DNA of 64,000 nt, taken from contig OZ210884.1 in the NCBI GenBank assembly GCA_964658305.1, positions 744,001 through 808,000 of the forward strand. Reading direction: 5' to 3'. Positions 50,612-62,985 of the stretch are shown in pieces (position 1 is the stretch's first letter; the number at the start of each line of letters is the position of its first letter). Source of the DNA: Leptogorgia sarmentosa (lineage: Eukaryota). The translations under genes were made by a program, and so were the position numbers. The notes under the pieces are model-generated. The model did not search any database. It worked only from the letters and a program-made list of their open reading frames with translations, and was not told the origin of the DNA.

Positions 50612-51364
50612 AATAGGGATAAAACGCCGAACCGGAATGCGGAAACGGAACCGGAATGCGGAACCGGAATTGAGGATAAAACGCGGAATTGGGGATAAAA
50701 CGCGGAATTGGGGATAAAACCCGGAGTTGGGGATAAAACCCGGAGTTCGGGATAAAACGCGGAATTGGGGATAAAACGCGGATTTACCGAATTAGGGATA
50801 AAACGCGGAATTGGGGATAAAACGCGGAATAGGGGTAAAAATGGGACCATTGGTCATAATTAACAATGAGTAGGGGCGGGAAATTGGACAGGCCTTAATT
50901 AAAATTATTGAAAATCTACCCAAATATATGCCTCCCATTTATTTTTATACTAAGTGCAAAGCTGGCAAATTTTAAGAAAACTTTTCTTGACATAGTCGGA
51001 TTGATTCCGGTCATTTAGTGAAATTTTACTCAACTATCCTCAAGTCCAATTGTTTTTTTCTCATTCATATAACTTAACCAACAATATGTTTAGAGCAGCG
51101 TGTGCGCGATATCTTGAATTTCACAATGCCATGCCTTTATTGATGTTATGATGACATGATGTTATTTCAATAATAATACAAAAACAATATATTTGGTACA
51201 TTTTCAATAATTTTTAAAGAAACCTGTTCAATTTCCTCTACTCATTGTTAATTACGATCAATGATCCAGTTTTTACCCCTATTCCGCGTTTTATCCCCCA
51301 TTCCGCGTTTTATCCCCCATTCCGCGTTTTATCCCCAATTCCGCGTTTTATCCTCAATTCCGGT
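50612..51364. mobile_element. Foldback-like element with inverted arrays of a 19-bp unit (GGGATAAAACGCGGAATTG)
   Basis: ~9 direct copies at 50670-50840 and ~4-5 inverted copies at 51271-51364, flanking an AT-rich core. Confidence 0.8.
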
Positions 51365-51588
51365 TTAAAAGCGGCGCAAAATACAAGTTCTTGTTTACAA
51401 TGCAACCATTTACACTAAGTCGGATAAAGCACTGATGAATATCCGGGTTTACGGATCCAAAGCTTTGCGATAGTAAAATCACGTAGTGTAAACTACGAAC
51501 CTTACATAATATTATATTATTAATTTTCACCATGCAAACTTTCAAAGAATTAATTATTGTTTATATTCTTTACGCGTTAGTTAAAACA

Positions 51589-52569
51589 ATGTCTGAAGTC
51601 TGTTCTACCTGTGAAGATGTTGTTTACGCTGCCGAAAAAGCTGCAATTAGTGGGAAAAAGGGCCAGGTGTATCACAAAAAATGTTTGAAGTGCTGTGTGT
51701 GCAAGAAAAGCTTGGATAGCATGACCTATAACGAGTCTGACGGTAAGCAAAAATAATGTCGTCATAAATTTCAATCATCAAGGCGAAATCGCTTCATGCG
51801 AAGGTGAATCGTTGAAATTTTAGAAACAGTTGGTGGATTGTATGAATACAACGACTATGACTATGTGAGAAATTGAAGCCTTTGCTATTTTTGCGTGCTG
51901 GTGAGGGCATAAATATTTCGATCTGGTCACAACTATTGAACAATCAAGTCCGCAGAACTACACAGTCTATATAAAGTCTAGAAAAATTGCAAGCGGGGCG
52001 GAAAATCGATTCTTCGATTCTAGGGAAAAGACCTAGTTTGGCATTTCGGGCAACTGCCATCAACCATCCACGTTGCAGGCAGTGTTCCATTTGGTAATAT
52101 TAGGAAACAGCCTCTATCCCCCGCCACCTCCCGCGGCACCCACAGGGGCGGCGGAGGAACTGAAAAGCTGCGGGGAAAGGATCGTTAAAAGGGCACTTCA
52201 GCATGTCGGAGTCAAAACCCTGTTGGGATTGCGTAGAACCTCCTGCGAGAAACATTCATGTCTAGAGTCTTCAAAATCTCATTTCATGCGTTTTTGGCCC
52301 CGCTGTGCCCCACCAATGTTAGGGCAGAGGGGGCAGTTGCCCCGACTCACCCCGTGGCTCCGGCACCCTTCCGCCCCGCACAGAGAGACACATTAGGCGT
52401 ATGTTAAAAGGTGATAATGCAAAATGTGTGAGCTTTAATAATTGCTGTTTTTTAATTTCATTTAGGTTTGCTTTACTGCAAGGGTCACTATTGTCAAGAA
52501 CACAATATTTGTGGTTATGGATTTGGGCAAGGTAGTGGTACGTTCCCTACCACTGGTTGTGGGAAATGA
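51589..52569 (+). CDS. Single-LIM cysteine/glycine-rich protein (CSRP/MLP/CRIP-like), paralog A, 85 aa
   Basis: Exons 51589-51742 and 52466-52569 encode [85 protein letters not shown], a LIM consensus plus a GYGFGQG tail. A probable 5'-UTR exon donor lies at 49596. Confidence 0.92.
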
Positions 52570-54679
52570 AGTGCTTGGGATTTCGGCAAAACTTGACTCT
52601 TTAATTTTCTGGAGCTTAATTAGCTTGTACTTTATTCAGTTCAATACAGAGTAACAATCATTAAGAAATATATGCTTTTTCAATTGCCTGCTTCTCCTAT
52701 ATATGTAAGAATTTTTTGAATTAATTTTAACAGTAGACTTCTTTAGATCTAATTTTACACCTATATGTTTGTGTAAATACAAACACGATAAAAGCAATTA
52801 TACCATACTCCATGTTGTGCTTCGTTGGTTACTGCGTTCAGGGGCGACTGCAAACAGGTTCTGACTGAAAGCGGGTGATTATTTCAGAACATCAATTTTA
52901 GGCGCATTTTTTTTCAAATACTCAGTGAGAATATGCTTGAGCCAGTGAGAATATATATATGTTATTTAAGGTCGGTAACCTGCAGTACGGACCGCTCACG
53001 TTTAGTGACATCGGTTGTTTATTGAATCAAGCGACAACGAAGACGAAAGAAGTTAAAAACATGTTTGAACATTCGATCTGTTCTTTTTTTGTTTCAACAT
53101 TTTGTTCTTTTTTTGGTAGCCAATAACATTTTAGAGAACAATTTTTAGCGAACTTCTTCAGCTGTTCTTATATTAATTAGCCGTTTACCGGCTTTTTTCA
53201 TAGTGTTGAATTGTTGTAAACGAGCCCCCCCCCCCCCCGCTTCCGACGGCCTTGATTCTGATTGGTTCACAAGCGGTCCGTTTTATTATTTATTTCCGGA
53301 CCGTGGTCCGTATTTTGCGTATCTGCGCCAGCGCCGGTGTTCCGGATGTCGTTTATCTGGCGGCAAATTTCGCTTCGAAAACAGAAAAGATTTTTGCTTT
53401 TTAATTTTCCAATTTAAATTTACAAATAAAAATTTCAAACAAGCAAATTGTTTTCATTGAGCATGTATAGACATAGCTTACATTTGGTGTTTGAATTCTG
53501 CAATGCAGCGCTTTCCCATTCGTCAAGACGGCTTTATCTAAGACACAACACGCATTTTGTGCCGTTTATACGGTAGTCACATCTAGTTATGTTAGTGCAA
53601 CTTATTTTGTTCTGTATAATTTGAATAAGCAGCCACAAGTAACATGGGGGGGGGGGGGGGGCATTTTAGAGCTCCGCTGCATGGCCAAGTCTACCCAGGC
53701 GTTACTAGTAATAAGTCAATGACTCTGAATAATACCTTTTTAAATGTATGACTACTTCATTTAGTTCCCTTGGAACCTGCTGAATTGCAGCCATGCGCAT
53801 TGTGAACTAGTGCAGAAGCCAGAAAGTGTGCACTGCCGAAATGTTGAATTCCAGGGCCTTTAGTGTTCGCGCGTAGCCGCAGATCTTCTTCCGAAGATCG
53901 CAGGCTCAAGGTACGAGATTGTTGGAAAATTGCTCTTTGCGCGGTCAAATATCAGTACATTTTACAATACCGACATAGTATTTTCGTGAATACTGGAATA
54001 CAGGACAGTTGTTGACAACAGAAAAACACCGAAAAAATATCATTCTGCGAACACAATCGTGCCACCATTTGATTAGAAGAAAATACTGTTTTATTTACAT
54101 GCGGCAAGAAACGATACCTGTCCCAGCTGTACCTGACGAAAGTATACCTTGACCCTGCTGAAAGTATAGGTCGCCAGTAAACTCGAAAGCGAGGCTTCAT
54201 TGCTAAGCCAATTTTAATTTATGTTAAAACTGACAAAATGGTAGACAAAGATGGTGAAGAATGTTAAATACTTAGTTTGGTCGAATTTTATAAGGTGACT
54301 TTGCGTTTTATCCTCGCTTTCGAGTTTATTGGCGAAGGCTTTCCGGAAGGGTGTATTTGGCATATACACGTCATTAATGGAGTACAATCATGAAAGATTT
54401 TTCTTCGTCAATAAAATTTATTCTTGAATGAAAACAATCGGCTGGGTTGTTCGCTATCTTGACTTCAAAGGCAACATCAGACAAGCAAAAACTACTTCCA
54501 ATACAACTCTAGAATGTCCCACAGTTATTTTTATAACCAACTTTGAGATCGTTCTAAATGGGGGGGAGGGGGAGGGGGGGGGTACGATTATTCAAAATGC
54601 TAGTTGATATCAGTGTAGAAACATTGGAGATGATCGATAAGCTAAGAACAGAAAGTTGCCTTTGTGAAATACTGGAATG

Positions 54680-55015
54680 CAGTGGCGGCGGAACAGGGGG
54701 GTCTAGGGGGATAAAAGCCCCCCCCCCAGAAGTAAAAGTGGGGGGGCTTAGCCCCCCAAAATATATAAAGAATGTCAGAATGCGAGACACTGAGTCATGA
54801 GATGATCAAATAATCTACACTCTACAGTATACACTATGCACAATTGCATATCCTGATATCCGTATTTTTGTAGATTTTGAACAATTTTTCAAAGTTAGGA
54901 GACATCACTACAGTGACAACACGCTATGCCGTTTGTGTTTCCACTTAGACAAAAACTACGATAAACGTTTTTTAAATTTAGCCCCCCCAAAATAAAATAT
55001 GTTCCGCCGCCCCTG
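54680..55015. mobile_element. Non-autonomous hAT element, nested in an older hAT remnant (~54558-55291)
   Basis: TIR cagtggcggcggaaca / tgttccgccgcccctg, with a perfect 8-bp TSD ctggaatg. Confidence 0.88.
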
Positions 55016-56040
55016 CTGGAATGTGTGCCCAATTAATCATCAACAATTGGTGTTTAGCAGCCTGTACAACCTTTGTTGTTGGAACAAATCTCCGATATGT
55101 GGCTTTTAGATTATCAATATACCTGCCTTAAAATGCTAAAAATATAGCGTTTGGAGGACCTAGGAATCAAAAAATTTTTCGGGGGTATGTCCCCAAATCC
55201 CTTCACTCGCATATATCATCATAGAAATATCACCTCTTCGATGCCAACCGTGCCCCCCACCCCCAGCTTCAACAACCTGGCGACGCCCCTGCCCGAAAGT
55301 GCTTATTTTGTCACGAGTTTTAATAAAAACCCCAGTAATAAACAAAGCAGTTAAATAAGAAATCCACACATGTATGTGGATCACACAAAAATATGACTCC
55401 ACAAAACATATAACAAGGTTATATAATAAAGCTGTCGACCCCTTGTTATATCGCTATTCCTGATGACAAAACTGACAAATAATAAAGTATGTTATAAGCA
55501 ATAAGATGATTCAGTGGTGCCCTTGGTTCATGAATATTGATCCCTTTAATGTCACAGCAGAGGATTTTACGCTCTGGGGCCGGTTGTACGAAGCCCGTTT
55601 AGCCTAAACGGTGGATAGATCATAATTTAATAACACTCTCGCAATTCTTGTAAACGCATGAATTGAAATTTCATGCACTAAATACGTAGTGGCAGTCATA
55701 GTTGTTCTATTCATGTTGAAAACTTTCAGTTTTGTTGTTCAATGAATCAATAGACTTGTTCTTATTTTTCAGCTTATCCGCCGTTTAGGTTAAACGGGCT
55801 TCGTACAACCGGCCCTTGGACTCTTCCTGCTGCAGCATGTGACACCGTCTGTGGCTGAGAGAATGCTTTTGCGGAACTTCTCAAGGTCTCCGCCACACTG
55901 GTTCTACACAAATTCAACGCTCAAGGGACTGTATTCTATCGATTTTTATTCATTGGGAAAAGATTCTATTTACAAGTGTATCTCACTACGACCTGACGAC
56001 AACCGATCATGTTACAATTTTACCCCTACAATTATATTAT

Positions 56041-56525
56041 CAAGGGCGTCAATCCGTTCCAAAAAGTGGGGGGGACCATAAGCGTACGGGCTACATTTTT
56101 TCAGGGGGGGCAGAAAGATCTTTCCCGAATTTGAGGGTAGGGAATGTCACGAGGCGCCACCAAGGTTGGCGCCGAGCGAGAAATTTTTGAACTTTTACAC
56201 CCTCTGGATTCCCGGAAACAGCGATTTCAGAGTCCTAACTCCACTTTCTTGGTACGCTCGTTCAGGTGAACGACTGGAGGATTGTTGGCAAATTTCATTC
56301 GCAGAACTATTCCAAGGCTCCGAATAGTTTTCTTCTGATCTCAGATTGTTGATTGTACTTCACAATTCACGATGTATAGCATACAGGCATGGGGTTTTAA
56401 GATTACCAAAAAACAATTTTTTCAAACATGATAAAAAGTGGGGGGGATAATTAGATATTCGTCCCCCCTACTTCAAAAAGTGAGGGGGACGCGTCCCCCC
56501 ATCCCCCCCAGGATTGACGCCCTTG
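56041..56525. mobile_element. Non-autonomous hAT element
   Basis: 15-bp TIR caagggcgtcaatcc / ggattgacgcccttg, with a perfect 8-bp TSD tatattat. Confidence 0.9.
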
Positions 56526-57747
56526 TATATTATTGACAAATAATATAACGACAAATGCCATGTGAAGGCCTGCGAATTTTACTTAACCTATACAGGCCTC
56601 TCAACCAGTAATCAGCTGCCACTGATAAACAAAAGGTAGATATCAACTTGACTATAAGTTACGAAGTGATATTGGACCGAACTTGGTAATTGTGGGCTAG
56701 CTCACTCCGACTGGCTTGCCTCCATATCAAGGCCACCTTGAACTACCGTCACCCCCGCTAGTGACGTCACATGCGTAGGTGAACAACACGCCAACCAGGC
56801 AGCAGCTCACTAAATTATGAATCAAATATCGATCTCAGGAACTTAACAAGATTTGAAAAAAGTTGTTCGAACGTATCTTTCAGAGTTCTCTCAAATAGGA
56901 CAGCAATATTTGCTTTGCCATATTACTTAGTACTCGAATTACGGGAAGCATTTTCAGAAAATTCTGTTTGCATCCTCGCTGACGCAAACGAAAATGAATG
57001 ATGAATGCGAATGAGTTCAAAAACATTTGCTCTGCGGTTATGTATAAATTATAGTCCTGTAATATAGTAGTTTTCAAATATTAAAATAATGTTAAGGTAA
57101 AACAATATTTTTAATGTTCAGAAAAAGTGTACTTGCATTTCGGAATTAATTGTTGTCCGATTCGAAATGAAAACTTGACTTTGACCAAACTTTAATTAAA
57201 AAATTCAGTTTTGTTAACCGGACACGGTCCGTTTGGCATTATTCATTTTATTCAATCTATTGCGCAGATTTTAAAGCTATTTTTTAATACAGGAGGACTA
57301 TAACGTTCAAAGGAGCAGGACGAATTATTCAGGGATATTTTTGGAGGATTGTCAAGTACGAATCATATATCTATTTGGCTTCATACCAATCCCATATCCA
57401 GAACTATGTCTGGTGCATCGCCCAACTGCACAACATTCCGCACGTTGCTACAATTATTTTGCGCCGATGACGCGTGAAGCTCTGCCACAGAGCTCTTCAC
57501 TTTGCATATGTGAGCTTAAAAATGACACTCCAGACACCCAGTATGCCAATGAAACATAAAAACAACACGCTTGTATGAAGGCAAAATCGCTTCAACCAAA
57601 AATTAAGATCTTTCTTCGACGCACCATCGATATGGTACGAAATTAAAATTCGGCCTGTTTGTCAATACCATAGATTTTGTCTGTATTTGGATTGATCACT
57701 TGGTATTTGCGTCCTTGCCGTTTCCGAAATACAAAGAGTACGCCATA

Positions 57748-57757
57748 CCATATATGG
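57748..57757. promoter_or_regulatory. CArG box (SRF site) upstream of LIM paralog B
   Basis: Perfect CC(A/T)6GG (CCATATATGG) followed immediately by CCAAT, ~150 bp before a probable 5'-UTR donor (AAA|GTAAGT, 57909). Confidence 0.45.
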
Positions 57758-58036
57758 CCAATGTAACTAGATCCTCCGGAATGCAGTTTGTCTATCAAAA
57801 GGATTGTTTTTCGATACGAAGTCACATTAAATGCGCCGCACCATTGAGCAGGAGACTACTAAAGGTGTCTAACGAACTCGGTGAAACGCAAATTTTGTCC
57901 GTTGCCAAAGTAAGTGTGTTTCATCCTAGTGTTTCTATTTTATGGACACTGTAGTACGAAACAAAGCAAGTCCCTGTTCAATATTACGATTTCTTTCAAT
58001 ATTTTTCTCCAACAGGTAAACAGATAGCCTACCACA

Positions 58037-59980
58037 ATGTCTGAAATCTGCCCGTCCTGTGAAAAGGCTGTTTTCTCTGCTGAAAAGGCTGCAATAAGTG
58101 GAAAGAATGGCGAAGTATGGCACAAACAGTGCATGAAGTGCTGTCAATGTAATAAGCGACTGGATAGCATGACGTTCAATGAACATAAAGGTTAGTTCAA
58201 GTTATTATCTATAAGCGTCCAACTCAATATACCATGCTGTTTCGTGTTTAGTTTGATATCTTTATCCTGTGCGCATTGCTCTACACAGCATCGACAAGCG
58301 CACAGAAGGCTCAGCTTATTTCGTTGATTCAGTTGGTGAGTTTGGTGAACAGATTTCGAGACTAGACAATGACTCTAATGGCCACCACGCCTGTGCTCAG
58401 TGCCCATGCTGGTCTGTCATCCAAAGCGTAAGCAAAAGCAATCAAATGTAGCTTTCAGCAGGCTACACAATAGGCGAAATTGTCCGCATTGGGTCCACTT
58501 CGTTTTACAAAAGCTGTCAGGCAATAAGGGAAAAAAATATTTGGGATATTCAACGCATGTCAATGTCTAAACATCTGTTTTCAAACAACAGCCCACCTGA
58601 AAGTCTGTGCTCTAGTTAAAGATACAGAACATTGTATTGGGATAAAATAACACATGCATTTGTGTTTCCTGTCATTTCTAATGCTCGAACTTTTTCATTG
58701 CTCAGCCGTTAGTATTTTTACAGTCGACAGATTAATTGTGTGCCCTGAGACGACAGATGTTGCTAATCACGAGAGGCTTAGCCTGATGCTTAGATACCAC
58801 GAAGTCCGTTATCAAAAGCGCTTTAGGAACTGTTTCGTCTCGATTGTAAAAATATCGAAGCTATAGAGTTGTATTTTCCCATGAAACCTTAAATTACAAA
58901 ATCATTCTGGCTTTGCATTGCATTGAAAAATTATCAATCATTAATGGGTGTGTCATTGTTCATAGTAAAGATAATAAGACAGAGTATGACGAGCGATAAC
59001 TTTGAGGGTATTTTATGTCTTCAAAACAATATCTTTTCGCTTTATTTACATGTGTAAAAGCTATTTACATTGTATCGCGCAGTCAGAGCAGACAACATAA
59101 CTTTTCAACTGGCAGGCTGCGTTGTTGACACATAACCCTGTCAATTACTGATATTTGGTGATTCCAATAGAACAAAAACGCTCCCAGCACGTTTGCTTGT
59201 CCACGAAGAAAAACCACAAGCATGGTGCATGCGAAGTTTTGTGTTAAAATGACTGAGTTTTGAGCAGGGTAAAATGAAGTTGGTTTATTTTAGCCATTTT
59301 GGTAGCTTTTAGCTTCTGATGTGAATTGTATAACAATAGTCAATAATCTTTCTTAACCTTGGTTTTGTTCGGCCAGCTGTGTTCTGTTGCATGATTTTTT
59401 CACTGTATACATATACACACCGTCTCAAATGATATCAGCATGGGCAGGACATTTAAACGTCGTCATAATAAATTCACCGTTGCTAAGGCAACGTCATGTC
59501 GTCTTATCATCACCATGAGGTCTTTACAGATTCTCTTGGCTCTTTGAATTTGCAACAACTGCGAATTAATCAACCACGAAATGCTATGATTATACAATAC
59601 CTGCATACAAACTGACTGTTAATATTTATTCAATACAAGCTATCGTTCACCAGTCTACATATTTTTTGCGGCCTCGATTGTAATAGTTCGTGAAGAGGGG
59701 ATGGGGCTCCCTTATAAGACAGACAATTTGAATTTTCAAGCGAAGATCTGCTTCACTCTTCAGTGAGTGCATGTCATAAGCGTAGTTGTTGCGTATAAAT
59801 CTGTTCGTATAAGGGCCTACGAAACACAAAATTTATGTTTATTGTACTTTCATTTGATGTTTATAAAATTCAATTTAATTTTTAGGCCAAATTTACTGCA
59901 AGGCTCACTACGGTAAAGAAATTGGCAACAAGGGTTACGGATTTGGCCAGGGTGCGGGAACATTCCATTACACGGAATAG
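58037..59980 (+). CDS. Single-LIM cysteine/glycine-rich protein (CSRP/MLP/CRIP-like), paralog B, 82 aa
   Basis: Exons 58037-58190 and 59886-59980 encode [82 protein letters not shown]. The 154-nt first coding exon and phase-1 intron match paralog A. The ORF track does not show this gene on the plus strand. Confidence 0.93.
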
Positions 59981-62820
59981 GTGGAAATAGACCATATAGT
60001 GACATTTATAAATATGCATCGTTTCGAGGTTTATTATTTTGTAGATTTTTTGATGAAATTATTGAAAGTGTTTTAATTCTTTCCGAAATGCTGGAGTATT
60101 AATTAAATGTGTTTACTGTAACTATTACTGAAGTACAAATTAAAGTTCGTTTTTAGAATGTCCATCTTACAAATGTTTTGTAATAAATAGCTTTATACGG
60201 TATGGCTGAAGCCTGAAGGTTTTCACACAAACGTTTTTGCAGCAAACTCAACAAGCTGCTTTTCTTTGACATTGTGTAAAAGATTCTAGCTTGCCCCGAT
60301 TGATTAATAAGACTAAATTAGAGAAAATTGTAGCTTGTTGTTCTTGTTCTTTTTTATTCGACCGTACAAGTACAGCAACAAAGGTTTTCTCTTTAAAATT
60401 ATTTGCAACGAAGAATAAACAGGCAAGAGTCTATTTCATGCAGATTGGGTAAATACCTTCCCCAACGCAAACCAACCATGGAAAAAATGTAACAATTTTA
60501 ATTAATGGTGAACTTGTGTTTGCCCCTCGAATGCAAACTTTGTAGGGGATGTCAACGACATATGATTTCAGGGAGAAATTAGGTTGTTGCTATGTCGCTA
60601 GATGTATACACTGAACAGTTATTGATTACCCTACCTGGCTATTAGGAATGCCTCTTTGTATTAATTACCAAACGCTAATCTAAACTTGAAAAAATATGAC
60701 CTTTCCTATTGCCCACAATAATAAACCTTTTGCGTACAGGAAGTCAGTTTGATCCGCCAACTCGTCACCATATATGGTCCTGGTGTACCTTATTAGCATT
60801 GACAGCAAATCGCCAGATCAGTTGTCGTACGAAGCGCCGTACAAAGTCCCTGATAAAATATATATTTCATCTGGGCTTTACTACAACAAGTTCGACCGAA
60901 AGCAAGAGAAGATGGTATGATCATAATTTACTTTTCATAATATCTGTAGCAAATTATATTAACCAAATCATGATTCAAACCCGGCAAGTGTCGGTAATTT
61001 CGCTTCAGAATTCACTAAATACCTTTTGGGTATTATCGATCAGTTCACATTACATTAATTGTTTGAGAGAGACATGACAGTTGTGTTATGATGTTTTTAG
61101 CCACAGGTGTTCATCTCTCGGGTACGTAGAGTAATACCTGTTAATTTTATCAGACAAATACGGACTAATAAGGAAAACAAAGTCGTCTTCAACTCGACTA
61201 CAAATATAATCGTGAACCGACGCTTGATATTATTCAGTCCATTGTGTTAAAATGTCTCGGTCGATCGTGCTTGCATAGCTAATCCATACATTAAGCTAAG
61301 CAACTTCCAGTAGCTACTGGTTAATTAAAAGACGAAAATAAAATCACTGCTTTATTTATGTATTGTCTGGTTCGTGCCAATTTGTAATCATATTTGGGTG
61401 TTTATTGAAAATTGTAGCCACCGATTGGTCAATGCACTTTCGGTCGGTTATCATTAATGATCAATGATCATCTAGTGCGAATTGTTGTCTTCGGTGAATA
61501 AAGAATACGTGTTTCTGGTGAATAAATAGAGAATAATACATGTTGGGCAGAAATGTGTTGACCGAGATATATCACGAATGAGCGAAGCGTGAGATATGTA
61601 TCCTTGTCAATACGAGAAATAAATTCCAGGTTTTCAATTATTATTTTGTATTATTATCTGTTCATCATATAACAAAATTGCCCCTGCAGTTCCAAAAAAA
61701 TGCCTCAAAAATAATAGCATTTAAGTATAATGCTGAGTCAGCGATAATCGTCATCTTTCAATTGCAGAAAGTTCTAAACACTGTACTTTATATAATAAAT
61801 GTGATTAATTTGTTCGATATGAAAGAATTGTGCCTAACTTTCTCCCATTTAAGAAAGTGTCTCTAAGATACCTTCAACACGACATTATGTCCACATATAC
61901 TGATAGCAACGCAAGAGGTATACATCTCATTGCCTGAAGTTCATGTTATTCTAAGACCACGTTCTTTTAAAATTTAAATGAGATATTTTTTTACTTTCAA
62001 ACTCTTCATTTTTTAACCACTATTCAGTTTATTGACAGCATGTCTACTGTGTATATGTTTTGAAATTTGTTACCAGAAATATCTTGTTTCTATGTACTAT
62101 GTATTCAAAACACGAGCGCAAGTGCAGGTGTGCATGTTTTATCCGATTTAAAAGGTCGATACGACAATCTAATGACTTCGACACAAAAGAACATGCTCCG
62201 TTACGTTACGATACGCTTGAAGTGGAAAACGGCCTGTAGAAATTTTGGCCATCATTAATTTCCTTTGAGATATGGACGCAGAAATATTATAATATAGGCA
62301 ATTTGTTGCACGCGAATTCGAAATTCAATGAAGTTACAATTGGTTACAAATATCGTCAACTTTATGAAATACAGTCATTTAACGTTTGCGAATTTTGTAT
62401 ACTTTTTTGTTATATGTTTTGCCGAATGAAACGATCTGATTGGCTGCTGATGGGGCAGGATTTTACCGTATTGCCCACGGGCGTTATGCAATTTTTATTT
62501 CCCTGTAAAAGCCTGTTCACACGAGCGATTTCGGTGCCATTCCTAGTGCGATTTTCTCCTTTTGACGGATGTGAACGAGTAAACCAGTCACGAATGTTTA
62601 GGCGAAGAAGCACGCACCAGACGCACTCAGCACATTCGTCATTAATCCACTCGATCACACCTAGGAAAACAGTCGGAAAAAACTTTAAAATTCAATGAAA
62701 TTTCATTAAAGTAGAAAAGTGTTAAAATAAGCGACGAGGAGCATTCTGAGAGCGAGTTTTATCACCCAGAGGTTGAAAATGAAGGATACGAAACTGTTTT
62801 TTGTCACTGTCAGTACAGTA

Positions 62821-62985
62821 TAATAATAAACAATTATTGAATGAGGCCGAGTAGGATATGAGGAATTGTTCAGGTCGAGGTTTGTGTTATCTGCCGAAGC
62901 CGAAGGCTGAGGCAGATAACACAAACCGAGGCCTGAATAATTCCCATATCCTACGAGGACCGAATTCAATAATTGTTTTATTATT
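62821..62985. repeat. Palindromic dispersed repeat centred on gccgaaggc
   Basis: aacaattattgaat...taggatatgaggaatt...tgtgttatctgcc-gaagccgaaggctga-ggcagataacaca...aattcccatatccta...attcaataattgtt. Confidence 0.75.

Noticed and set aside
50551..50850. Repetitive 99-aa ORF
   Set aside because: It is a by-product of the 19-bp tandem array.
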